IMG/VR virus record: IMGVR_UViG_3300022074_000187
Reading direction: 5' to 3' (one strand)
From: a virus
Length of the DNA stretch: 33,830 nucleotides
The position numbers were made by a program, and so were the translations under genes. The notes under the pieces are model-generated. The model did not search any database and was not told where the DNA came from. It saw only the letters and a list, made by a program, of their open reading frames with translations. This document shows positions 6,773 through 14,570 of this stretch, one piece after another (the stretch's first letter is position 1; each line of letters begins with the position of its first letter).

Positions 6773-6791
6773 AAAAAAATCCCCAAGGGGG
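6773..6791 (-). terminator. Short GC hairpin plus U7 (attenuator/terminator-like) between the structured element and the SD of 6224..6748
   Basis: Minus strand reads CCCCCTTGGGG-A-TTTTTTT. The stem is only 3-4 GC pairs, so it is weak on its own. Confidence 0.3.
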
Positions 6792-6893
6792 TAGTACATA
6801 TAGATAGGAAAGTCTAGGGCGAAGCCAGCTCTCGCTGGGGCGACAGGGGTCGCACCCTAGACTAGTAGGGACGGTTCCTATCTATATGTGCTA
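6792..6893. other. GC-rich nested inverted-repeat element folding as a three-way junction. Candidate structured RNA or MITE-like insertion
   Basis: 6792-6810 pairs with 6875-6893 (19 bp, one G.T). 6811-6819 AGTCTAGGG pairs with 6855-6863 CCCTAGACT. Inner hairpins are CCAGC-TCTC-GCTGG (6825-6838) and GCGAC-AGGG-GTCGC (6840-6853). An 11-nt one-sided bulge lies at 6864-6874. No ORF. Confidence 0.6.
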
Positions 6894-6915
6894 GTTGCAC
6901 TTGCAACATTTTTTT
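6894..6915 (+). terminator. Terminator-like hairpin plus T7 (plus strand) flanking the structured element
   Basis: GTTGC-ACTT-GCAAC-A-TTTTTTT. 5-bp stem. Confidence 0.4.
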
Positions 6916-7025
6916 GTAACCATAACAAACCTTCGGAGTTCAAACCTACCATTGACAAACCAATACAAAATCCAGATAAAAAACGAATCATTATGACATT
7001 TCGGCTATAACAATTCGTTCGTGGT

Positions 7026-7049
7026 AACTTGCTTGGCAACTTACTTGGG
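7026..7049. repeat. Tandem 12-bp direct repeats (iteron-like)
   Basis: AACTTGCTTGG-C-AACTTACTTGG-G, followed by a partial third unit AACT (7050-7053). ACGTTACGTTAC follows at 7066-7077. Confidence 0.5.
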
Positions 7050-7083
7050 AACTAAGTCCTTTGCCACGTTACGTTACAGGTAG

Positions 7084-7104
7084 TGTCAAATTATTTACTT
7101 GACA
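7084..7104. promoter_or_regulatory. Inverted repeat TGTCAA-N9-TTGACA (operator-like, or back-to-back -35 boxes)
   Basis: TGTCAA at 7084-7089 and TTGACA at 7099-7104 with a 9-nt AT-rich spacer. Confidence 0.5.
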
Positions 7105-7127
7105 GCTATATGGATGCTTTGCAATAT
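7099..7127 (+). promoter_or_regulatory. Sigma70-like promoter for the plus-strand (packaging/structural) operon
   Basis: Consensus TTGACA-17 nt-CAATAT, 19 nt upstream of the TerS ATG. Confidence 0.45.
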
Positions 7128-7145
7128 AGAACCAGAGAATGTTAG

Positions 7146-7535
7146 ATGACGAAGCAACTAGACACTAAATCAGACACAACACAAGAACTTACCACTAGGC
7201 AAAGCAACTTTATTGATAACTTGTTAGCTGGTGGTGTTAGTGCAAAACAATGTGCCATAGATGCTGGTTACTCAGAACGATCAGCCAAGGTTGAGGCTAG
7301 TCGCTTACTCAAGAACAGTAAGGTTTTGCACCACTTACACCAGCGTGCTAAGAAGGTGCTAGGAGTCAGAGCAATAACAGCACTACAAACTGTATCAAAT
7401 CTCTCACAATATGCTAACTCAGAGTATGTACGTCTGGAAGCTAGTAAAGACTTATTAGACCGAGCTGGCTTACGGGAAGAGCAGAACCAGACTCTGGGTA
7501 CGAACAACATCCAAGTAAACATAGATCTAACATAG
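7146..7535 (+). CDS. terS: Terminase small subunit (Terminase_2 / P27 type)
   Basis: LTTRQSNFIDNLLAGGVSAKQCAIDAGYSERSAKVEASRLLKNSKV is the characteristic N-terminal HTH signature of this TerS family. Confidence 0.8.
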   Translation: MTKQLDTKSDTTQELTTRQSNFIDNLLAGGVSAKQCAIDAGYSERSAKVEASRLLKNSKVLHHLHQRAKKVLGVRAITALQTVSNLSQYANSEYVRLEASKDLLDRAGLREEQNQTLGTNNIQVNIDLT

Positions 7536-7705
7536 GTAATTTAGCTCGGACTAATAATGCTCTGACTGCTATACCTTCGGTTGTGTAGTTACTGGGGGTA
7601 TCCGAAAACTCTGCTACCGATAACAGGTAGAGGACTTCCTTTCGTATTTTTCCTTTACAAAAGCTCCTCAATGTTTTATGTATGATCTATAACAAGGAGA
7701 TAACA

Positions 7706-7837
7706 ATGCCAGGAACTATGAAATCCTATGGAACAATGAATAAGAAAACAAACAAAAAGAAACCAATGAAGAAGTCTGCCAACATAGTTGGTAAGAAGGT
7801 CAAGAAGAAAAAAGGTAAGGGAACAATGTATGGCTAA
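7706..7837 (+). CDS. Polybasic miniprotein 1 (43 aa)
   Basis: Below the ORF-track cut-off. Hand translation gives MPGTMKSYGTMNKKTNKKKPMKKSANIVGKKVKKKKGKGTMYG. SD AAGGAGATAACAATG. Its stop overlaps the next start. Confidence 0.5.
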   Translation: MPGTMKSYGTMNKKTNKKKPMKKSANIVGKKVKKKKGKGTMYG

Positions 7838-7988
7838 GCTGTGTGCAAAAGGTAAAGCCGCCGCCAAAAGAAAATTTAAAGTATATCCAAGTGCTTATGC
7901 TAATATGTATGCTTCTGGTGTTTGTTCTGGTAGAATCAAACCAAAATCTGCTAAGAAAAAAACTACACGTAAAAGGAAGCGTGCATGA
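7830..7988 (+). CDS. Polybasic miniprotein 2 (52 aa) with a YPSAYANMYASGVC motif
   Basis: Internal ATG of ORF 7788..7988: MAKLCAKGKAAAKRKFKVYPSAYANMYASGVCSGRIKPKSAKKKTTRKRKRA. Its start overlaps the previous stop. Confidence 0.6.
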   Translation: MAKLCAKGKAAAKRKFKVYPSAYANMYASGVCSGRIKPKSAKKKTTRKRKRA

Positions 7989-8236
7989 GTTTACGTAAAT
8001 GGGTTGGTGAGAAGTGGGTTGATATTGGTGCTCCAAAGAAGAATGGTAAGTATCAACCTTGTGGTAGGAGTAAAGGATCTAAAAGAAAGTATCCAAAATG
8101 TGTACCATTAGCAAAGGCTAGAAAAATGACAGCATCACAGAAAGCTTCAGCAGTAAAAAGAAAGCGAGCAGTAAAACAAGGGGTTGGTGGTAAACCAACT
8201 AATGTAGCAACCTTTAAAAGAAAGAAAAAAAAGTAA
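7985..8236 (+). CDS. Polybasic miniprotein 3 (83 aa)
   Basis: WVGEKWVDIG...YQPCGRSKGSKRKYPKCVPLAKARKMT...KRKRAV...KRKKKK. ATGA overlap with the upstream gene. Confidence 0.65.
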   Translation: MSLRKWVGEKWVDIGAPKKNGKYQPCGRSKGSKRKYPKCVPLAKARKMTASQKASAVKRKRAVKQGVGGKPTNVATFKRKKKK

Positions 8237-8502
8237 TGGCGAAATCACCAGCTTGGCAACGTAAAGAAGGCAAGAACCCTAGTGGTGGATTAAATGCAAA
8301 GGGTCGTGCTAGTTATAACAAAGGTCGCACCAAGACAGGTAAAAAAAGAAATCTTAAAGCACCATCAAAAAAAGTTGGTAATAAAAGACGTGCAAGTTTT
8401 TGTGCAAGGATGAAAGGTATGAAGAAAAAACTTACTGGTGCAAAGAAACGTAACGATCCTAATTCAAGAATTAATAAATCACTACGTGCGTGGAACTGCT
8501 AA
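8236..8502 (+). CDS. Polybasic miniprotein 4 (88 aa)
   Basis: SPAWQRKEGKNPSGGLNAKGRASYNKG...KRRASFCARMKGMKKK. TAATG overlap with the upstream gene. Confidence 0.65.
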   Translation: MAKSPAWQRKEGKNPSGGLNAKGRASYNKGRTKTGKKRNLKAPSKKVGNKRRASFCARMKGMKKKLTGAKKRNDPNSRINKSLRAWNC

Positions 8503-8666
8503 TGTATGTAATTAATTACAAAATGTTTTTTCATAAAAGACCAGCAAAAGCAGATGTAGAAAATAAATTGTTTGATCTGTTGCGTGATGGTTTTACTTTA
8601 CGCACTGCTGAAGAAGAAGATGATTATGTTAAAAGAAAAGATATACAGGAGAAAAAATGTTTATAA
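8502..8666 (+). CDS. Small hypothetical ORF (54 aa)
   Basis: Below the ORF-track cut-off. Hand translation gives MYVINYKMFFHKRPAKADVENKLFDLLRDGFTLRTAEEEDDYVKRKDIQEKKCL. TAATG junction with the upstream gene. It fills an otherwise empty 154-nt gap. Confidence 0.3.
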   Translation: MYVINYKMFFHKRPAKADVENKLFDLLRDGFTLRTAEEEDDYVKRKDIQEKKCL

Positions 8667-8845
8667 GAGAACTATCATTTACAGATCTAAATAGATTGCG
8701 TAAAATTGTACGTAATACACATCTTAAATTTTATCCAAATGGTTATCTTACTAACACAGAAGTAGATAAATTTATAAATTCACTCGGTCCAGATGTAGCT
8801 GGTAAAATGATAAAGTTTGCAGTAGACAACAGACAAGTTGACTAA
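8657..8845 (+). CDS. Hypothetical protein
   Basis: 62-aa ORF. SD AGGAGAAAAAATG. Its stop overlaps the TerL start (TAATG). Confidence 0.55.
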   Translation: MFIRELSFTDLNRLRKIVRNTHLKFYPNGYLTNTEVDKFINSLGPDVAGKMIKFAVDNRQVD

Positions 8846-10377
8846 TGCAATTTAAATATAAACCAGACGGACAAATACTAAAAAATTTTATGAAAGACAA
8901 TAGTTTCTTTCGTGGTATACGTGGACCAGTTGGTTCTGGTAAATCAGTTGCTTGTTGTATAGAAATATTTAGAAGAGCAATAGCACAAAAAAAATCTCCA
9001 GATGGTATTAGAAAAAGTCGTGTTGCTGTTGTGCGTAATACTAATCCTCAGTTACGAACAACCACAATGAAAACGTGGCTTGATTGGTTTCCAGAAAAAG
9101 AGTTTGGTAAAATGAATTGGTCACCACCATACACACATAGAATCAAAGTAGGTGATATAGATCTTGAAGTTATCTTTTTAGCTTTAGATAGACCAGAAGA
9201 TGTAAAAAAATTACTTTCCCTGGAATTAACTTTTTTATTCTTTAATGAGAGTAGAGAGATAGCAAAACCAATTATAGATGCTGGCACAATGCGTGTAGGC
9301 AGATACCCTTCTATGAAAGATGGTGGTCCGAGTTGGTATGGTGTAATAGCAGATACCAATGCACCAGATGAAGATCATTGGTGGTCGGTAATGAGTGGAG
9401 ATGCACCACCACCAGAACATCTATCTAGAGAAGAAGTAATGATGTTAGTCAAACCTGATAACTGGAAATTTTTTACACAACCATCTGGTATGATAGAAAA
9501 ATCAAATAATCAAGGTGAAGTAGAAAGATATGAAATAAATCCAGTAGCAGAAAATAAAATGAATCTTATGTCAGATTATTATACTTCTATCATAAGAGGT
9601 AAAACTAAATCGTGGATTGATGTTTATGTAATGAATAGATTAGGATCTATAGAAGATGGTAAACCAGTTTACAAACAATTTTCAGCAGATATACACGTAG
9701 CAAAAGAACCAATTATACCAGCAGAAGTTCCATACTATGTAGGTATAGACTTTGGTCTTACACCAGCGTGTGTGTTTGCACAACAAGTCCGAGGAAGATG
9801 GATAATCTTACACGAAATCGTAGCAAAGGATATGGGGATGGTACGTTTTGGAGAACTGCTTAGACAAGAAATGCAGTCCAAATTTAGACAAATCCCAGTA
9901 GCACGAATATTTGGAGACCCAGCTGGGGATTATAGAGCACAGACTGATGAGTCTACCCCATTCCAAATACTACGTGGTGCTGGTATTCGTGCCATTCCAG
10001 CACCATCCAATGATGTATCTTTGCGTATAGAATCTGTTTCAGCACCATTGAGTAGATTGTTAGAAGGTAAGTCAGGATTGCTGATAGATAAAAGCTGTAA
10101 ACATCTAATCAAAGGTTTTGAGGGTGGGTATCAGTATAGACGTATGCAAGTTTCTGGTGAAAGATATACCGATAAACCAGATAAAAATCATTATTCTCAC
10201 GTGCATGATGCGTTACAATATCTGATGTTGGGTGCTGGTGAAGGACAAAACATAACCAAGTCCATAAATCCAGCAAAAGTGGTGCAAGCAAAAACTGATT
10301 TTGATGTCTTTACAAAACAACCAAAAAAGACTATAAGAAAGAAATGGAATATCTTTGATATTCGTTCAAGATTATAG
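8845..10377 (+). CDS. terL: Terminase large subunit
   Basis: Walker A GPVGSGKS near the N-terminus. Acidic nuclease-type motifs (GIDFG, GDPAG, HVHDAL) lie in the C-terminal half. Size and position are typical. Confidence 0.9.
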   Translation: MQFKYKPDGQILKNFMKDNSFFRGIRGPVGSGKSVACCIEIFRRAIAQKKSPDGIRKSRVAVVRNTNPQLRTTTMKTWLDWFPEKEFGKMNWSPPYTHRIKVGDIDLEVIFLALDRPEDVKKLLSLELTFLFFNESREIAKPIIDAGTMRVGRYPSMKDGGPSWYGVIADTNAPDEDHWWSVMSGDAPPPEHLSREEVMMLVKPDNWKFFTQPSGMIEKSNNQGEVERYEINPVAENKMNLMSDYYTSIIRGKTKSWIDVYVMNRLGSIEDGKPVYKQFSADIHVAKEPIIPAEVPYYVGIDFGLTPACVFAQQVRGRWIILHEIVAKDMGMVRFGELLRQEMQSKFRQIPVARIFGDPAGDYRAQTDESTPFQILRGAGIRAIPAPSNDVSLRIESVSAPLSRLLEGKSGLLIDKSCKHLIKGFEGGYQYRRMQVSGERYTDKPDKNHYSHVHDALQYLMLGAGEGQNITKSINPAKVVQAKTDFDVFTKQPKKTIRKKWNIFDIRSRL

Positions 10378-10389
10378 AAAGGATAATAT

Positions 10390-10632
10390 ATGTGTTCAGG
10401 ATTATTTGGTGGAAGTAAACCTTCACAAGTATACATACCACCTCCTCCAGCTCCAGATCCAGGTTTAGCGGCAAAAGAAACACAAATGCGTGAACAAGGA
10501 TTACAGAATCAACAAGAAGCAACTAAAGCTAGAAAGAAACAAATAGCAGAAGGATTAGGAAGAAGAAGTTTATTAACTTCTAGTGGTGGTGGATATTTAT
10601 CTAACACTGGTAGTGGTAATACATTAGGATAG
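10390..10632 (+). CDS. Small conserved virion-associated protein (function unknown)
   Basis: 80 aa. Pro-rich N-terminal part, then GLGRRSLLTSSGGG, a motif seen in small proteins encoded next to portals in podoviruses (from memory). Confidence 0.6.
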   Translation: MCSGLFGGSKPSQVYIPPPPAPDPGLAAKETQMREQGLQNQQEATKARKKQIAEGLGRRSLLTSSGGGYLSNTGSGNTLG

Positions 10633-10633
10633 T

Positions 10634-12226
10634 ATGGTAGCATTAGTTCCAGAACCTATTTCAAAAGAAATGGGTGATATTGAAAATATGATAGCACGTT
10701 ACAAACGTGCTCAAAGTATTAAAGAATTATGGCGACCAACATTTGAAGAATGTTATGAATACAGTATGCCAGCAAGAGAAAGCTTTTATCCTACAACTGC
10801 TGGTCAAACAAAGACAGATAAAATATTTGATGAAACTGCTGTTGTTGGTGTACAAGAATTTGCATCAAGATTAGTAGCTGGTATTGTGCCAAACTATGCA
10901 AGATGGGCAGAGATGGTTGCTGGAACTGAAGTACCAGCAGAAGAACGAACACAAGTAAATGAATCACTTGATGCAGTAACAAACTATGTATTTGAAATTT
11001 TACAAAATAGTAATTTTGCACAAGAAATACACGAATCATTTTTAGATCTTGCTGTAGGCACAGGAGCATTACTAATAGAAGAAGGAGATGCAATAAAACC
11101 TATAAGATTTACAGCAGTACCATTATCAAGATTATGTTTAGATACTGGACCAAATGATATAGTAGATACTGTATATAGAACAAGAAAAGTAAAAGCATCA
11201 AATATAAAATTAACTTATCCACAAGCTATATTAGCACCAGAAACAGAAAGGCAATTATCTGCTGGTAAAGATTTTTTTGTTGAAATAGTAGAATGTGTAT
11301 CTAGAAATTATACGAAACCAAATGTAGAGATGTATGATTTCACAGTATTTAGTATGAATCCACAACATATATATTTACAGAAAAAATTTTTAGGTGAAGG
11401 ATCAAATCCATATGTGGTGTTTCGTTGGAGTAAAGCCGCTGGCGAAGTGTATGGTCGTGGTCCACTTTTAAATTCTATGCCAGCAATAAAAACTTGTAAC
11501 TTAGTAATAGAAATGATTTTAGAAAATGCACAGATGGCAATATCTGGTATGTATCAAATGGAAGATGATGGTATAATAAATGTAGATACAATTCAGTTAC
11601 TTCCAGGAACAATCATTCCAAGAAGTCCATCATCAAGAGGATTAGAACCTATAGCACCAGCAGGCAATTTTAATGTTGCTGATTTGGTATTAAAAGATAT
11701 GCGTACAAATATTAAACGTGCATTGTATAATGAAATGCTTGGTGATCCAAATAGAACACCAATGTCAGCTACAGAAGTAGCAGAACGTATGGCAGATTTA
11801 TCAAGACAAATTGGTTCATCATTTGGCAGATTACAAGCAGAAATGGTACAACCTGTTTTACAAAGAGTAGTGCATATTTTAAAAAAACAAGGAAGAATAA
11901 ATATACCTACAGTTAATGGTAGAGAAATAAAAATACAATCTACATCACCATTAGCACAAGCACAAGCAAACCAAGATATAAATGGATTCAATAGATTTTT
12001 AGAATTAGTTGGTACAAGATTTGGACCACAACTTATAAACTTATTAGTAGATAGTAATGAAGCTACTAAATATCTTGCAGAAAAATTTGGTATTCCAGAA
12101 AAACTTACTAGAAGTAAAGAAGAAATGGAACAAGTTATGATGCAGATGCAACAAGCATTACAACAACAACAACAACTTCAACAAATGGCACAACAAGATG
12201 GACAAGAAAATACACCCCCAAGTTAG
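10634..12226 (+). CDS. Portal (head-to-tail connector) protein, T7 gp8-like
   Basis: 530 aa. By-eye colinearity with T7 gp8, e.g. GRGPLLNSMPAIKTCNLVIE vs GRSYIEEYLGDLRSLENLQE, and MSATEVAERMADLSRQIGSSFGRLQAEMVQPVLQRVV vs VTAEEIRYVASELEDTLGGVYSILSQELQLPLVRVL. Q-rich C-terminus. Confidence 0.85.
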   Translation: MVALVPEPISKEMGDIENMIARYKRAQSIKELWRPTFEECYEYSMPARESFYPTTAGQTKTDKIFDETAVVGVQEFASRLVAGIVPNYARWAEMVAGTEVPAEERTQVNESLDAVTNYVFEILQNSNFAQEIHESFLDLAVGTGALLIEEGDAIKPIRFTAVPLSRLCLDTGPNDIVDTVYRTRKVKASNIKLTYPQAILAPETERQLSAGKDFFVEIVECVSRNYTKPNVEMYDFTVFSMNPQHIYLQKKFLGEGSNPYVVFRWSKAAGEVYGRGPLLNSMPAIKTCNLVIEMILENAQMAISGMYQMEDDGIINVDTIQLLPGTIIPRSPSSRGLEPIAPAGNFNVADLVLKDMRTNIKRALYNEMLGDPNRTPMSATEVAERMADLSRQIGSSFGRLQAEMVQPVLQRVVHILKKQGRINIPTVNGREIKIQSTSPLAQAQANQDINGFNRFLELVGTRFGPQLINLLVDSNEATKYLAEKFGIPEKLTRSKEEMEQVMMQMQQALQQQQQLQQMAQQDGQENTPPS

Positions 12227-12491
12227 TATAGACGGATATAGAAGAACACAAGCAAATGAAGATAAGCTAAATACTACAGTATTGTCTTGTTTTTTAACAG
12301 ATGCTGGTGTAGAAACACTTAAATATTTACGCAGTATTACTATAGAAAGTGTTGCTGGATTTAATATATCTGATCAAGAACTAAGACAAAGAGAAGGAAT
12401 GAGATTTTTAGTTGGTATTATTGAACAAAGAATAAAGGAGGGCAAAAATGTCAGAGCAAGAGAGTCTAATAAACGCAGAACAGGAAACTAA
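12198..12491 (+). CDS. Hypothetical protein between portal and scaffold
   Basis: 97-aa ORF overlapping both neighbours. FLTDAGVETLKYL...REGMRFLVGIIEQ resembles a small conserved family found at this position in BPP-1-like phages (memory-based, tentative). Confidence 0.5.
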   Translation: MDKKIHPQVSIDGYRRTQANEDKLNTTVLSCFLTDAGVETLKYLRSITIESVAGFNISDQELRQREGMRFLVGIIEQRIKEGKNVRARESNKRRTGN

Positions 12492-13170
12492 AGACGAAGT
12501 AGGAGAAGTAGCAGAAAGACCAGAGTGGTTACCAGAAAAATTTTTTAAAGATGGTAATCCTGATTATGAAAGTTTAGCTAAATCTTACACAGAAGCAGAA
12601 TCTTATATTGGTAAAAAGAAAGAAGATCTTACTGCTGAAATAAAAACACAAATGGAACAGGAACTTATTAAATCTTTACCAGAAGCACCAGATAAATATG
12701 CTTTACCAGAGATACCAGAACAGTATGAAACAGATACACCACTTATGGATGGATGGAGAAAATATTGTCACGACAATAAATTAGGACAAGAAGCATTTAA
12801 TAAAGGTATTGATTTGTTTATACAATCACAACCACAAGTAGATATAGAAGCAGAAAAACAAAAACTTGGTGAAAATGCTAATCAAAGAATAGAAGCAGTA
12901 TCATTGTGGGTAAATAAAAACTTTGATGAGTCACAAAAACCTATGCTTGAAATGATGTGTAGCACTTCTTCTGGAGTAGAAACAGTAGAAAAAATTATGA
13001 GTATGCTTCAAAATAGTATGAGCCAAGCACCTGAATCTACTGCTATGGGTGGTAAAACAAGAGAAGATTTACAAGAAATGATGAAAGATAGAAGATACTG
13101 GCATCCTACTAGTAGAGATGAAAACTATGTAAAACAAATAGATACGGCTTTTGAAAAACTTTACAAATGA
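12448..13170 (+). CDS. Scaffolding protein (T7 gp9 position)
   Basis: 240 aa, strongly acidic with helical composition. Located between portal and capsid. Strong SD AAGGAGG. Confidence 0.6.
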   Translation: MSEQESLINAEQETKDEVGEVAERPEWLPEKFFKDGNPDYESLAKSYTEAESYIGKKKEDLTAEIKTQMEQELIKSLPEAPDKYALPEIPEQYETDTPLMDGWRKYCHDNKLGQEAFNKGIDLFIQSQPQVDIEAEKQKLGENANQRIEAVSLWVNKNFDESQKPMLEMMCSTSSGVETVEKIMSMLQNSMSQAPESTAMGGKTREDLQEMMKDRRYWHPTSRDENYVKQIDTAFEKLYK

Positions 13171-13631
13171 TAAGTATACAACCTTCAACTGAGAAGGATG
13201 CAGTAAAACTTGCTAGAAATATGAGAAAGCAAGATATTATGGAAGTAGAAGCAGTAGATGTAGATCCTCTTACAGCTTTATTATATCCAGTACGACACCA
13301 ATCTGCACAAACATTTACATTATTTTATGACAAAGATCCTGTTTTGATGGGTGGTACAGTAGGAGAAAGTATAGGATTGGCAAGAGTTTGGTTACTTGCT
13401 AGCGATAAAGCTTTTCAAAAACCTATGAAACTTGCACTATTAAGTAGAAAATGGGTAGATTTAATACATAGACCTTATGAAATTTTATATAATTATGTGT
13501 GGATTGGTAATGAAAAAGCAGTAAAATTACTTAAACACCTTGATTGTCGTTTTGATAATGAAATAGTTAAAAGAAAAAATCTTGACTTTGTAAAATTTTC
13601 TCGTTGCAAAAGTAAACATTTATCGTTATAG
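13167..13631 (+). CDS. Hypothetical protein (possible GNAT-like fold)
   Basis: 154-aa ORF with an ATGA junction to the scaffold gene. Function not recognisable by eye. Confidence 0.55.
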   Translation: MISIQPSTEKDAVKLARNMRKQDIMEVEAVDVDPLTALLYPVRHQSAQTFTLFYDKDPVLMGGTVGESIGLARVWLLASDKAFQKPMKLALLSRKWVDLIHRPYEILYNYVWIGNEKAVKLLKHLDCRFDNEIVKRKNLDFVKFSRCKSKHLSL

Positions 13632-13739
13632 ATGTATTAGTAGTCCTAGAATATTAGAGTATTGCCCTTCTGGATAACTATACAAAGATACGCTAGATAA
13701 ACTCGGTGAAACTTTTTTTAACTTTATAGGAGATAACTT

Positions 13740-14561
13740 ATGTCTGTAGGAATAAGCACTGCTTTTATAAAACAGTTTGAGAGTGACGTTCATATGGCTT
13801 ATCAGCGAATGGGATCTAAACTCAAGGACACCATTAGACAGAAGCCAAGTGTCAATGGTAATCAAACAGTTTTTCAAAAAGTAGGAAAAGGCTCTGCTGT
13901 CCAAAAATCACGTCATGGACAAGTGCCAATAATGAATATCGATCATAGTAATGTAACAGTAACTTTACAAGATTACTTTAGTGCTGACTATGTAGATAGA
14001 CTTGACGAATTAAAAACCAACATTGATGAAAGAATGGTAGTAGCACAAAGTAGTGCTGGTGCGTTAGGAAGAAAAACTGACGAACTAATTACTACTGCTC
14101 TTGATGGTACATCAAATCTTTCAGGTAACTCTGATTCAAATGGTTTAACACAAGCTAAGATTGAAGCTGTGTTTGCTCAAATGGGTGAGAACGATATACC
14201 TGATGATGGTGATAGATACTTTATCGTATCACCTGATGGTTGGGTTGATCTGTTACAGATTGCGGCATTTACAGATGCTGACTTTATTGGACCAGATGAA
14301 CTTCCATTCAAAGGTGGAATGGTAGCAAAAAGATGGCTCGGTTTTATGTGGATGATACATAGTGGTTTACCATCAACAGGTGGTAGAAGACAATGTTTTG
14401 CATATCACAGAACTGGTTTGGGTGTAGCTATGGGTGCTGATGTAACAACAGAAATCAACTACATTCCAGAAAGAGTGTCTAATTTAATAACTGCATATAT
14501 GAGTCTGGGTGTCGCCTTAATTGATGATAACGCAGTCTTTGAAGTGCAAATAACTGAATAG
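13740..14561 (+). CDS. Major capsid protein, T7 gp10-like (HK97 fold)
   Basis: FIKQFESDVHMAYQRMGSKL...GNQTVFQKVGKGSA parallels T7 gp10 LKVFGGEVLTAFARTS...GKSAQFPVLG. C-terminal GFMWMIHSGLP...AYHRTGLGVAM parallels GFEVVEVPHL...MHRSAVGTV. Strong SD. Confidence 0.8.
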   Translation: MSVGISTAFIKQFESDVHMAYQRMGSKLKDTIRQKPSVNGNQTVFQKVGKGSAVQKSRHGQVPIMNIDHSNVTVTLQDYFSADYVDRLDELKTNIDERMVVAQSSAGALGRKTDELITTALDGTSNLSGNSDSNGLTQAKIEAVFAQMGENDIPDDGDRYFIVSPDGWVDLLQIAAFTDADFIGPDELPFKGGMVAKRWLGFMWMIHSGLPSTGGRRQCFAYHRTGLGVAMGADVTTEINYIPERVSNLITAYMSLGVALIDDNAVFEVQITE

Positions 14562-14570
14562 GAGGTACAA

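Noticed and set aside
6792-6893. Known self-cleaving ribozyme (HDV-like, hammerhead, twister) or tRNA-like/attP element
   Set aside because: The CCAGC..GCTGG hairpin is reminiscent of the HDV P3 region, but the strand order needed for the nested double pseudoknot is absent. There is no CUGAUGA/GAAA hammerhead core. There are only two hairpins, no 7-nt T-loop, and no integrase in the genome. The element is kept as an unassigned structure rather than given a name.
6917-7098. tRNA gene or minus-strand sigma70 promoter for the orphan gene
   Set aside because: No cloverleaf is present: GGAGTTCAAACCTACC lacks a complementary T-stem. The minus-strand TTGACA at 7084-7089 has only TGGCAA at the -10 distance. 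Nothing there is convincing enough to annotate.
6132-7580. CCTTCGG (C-UUCG-G) heptamer in three non-coding spacers (6132, 6930, 7574)
   Set aside because: A fourth copy lies inside the fibre gene (25885-25891). Flanking bases mostly do not extend the stems. Four hits for a 7-mer in about 34 kb is too weak to claim a motif without statistics.
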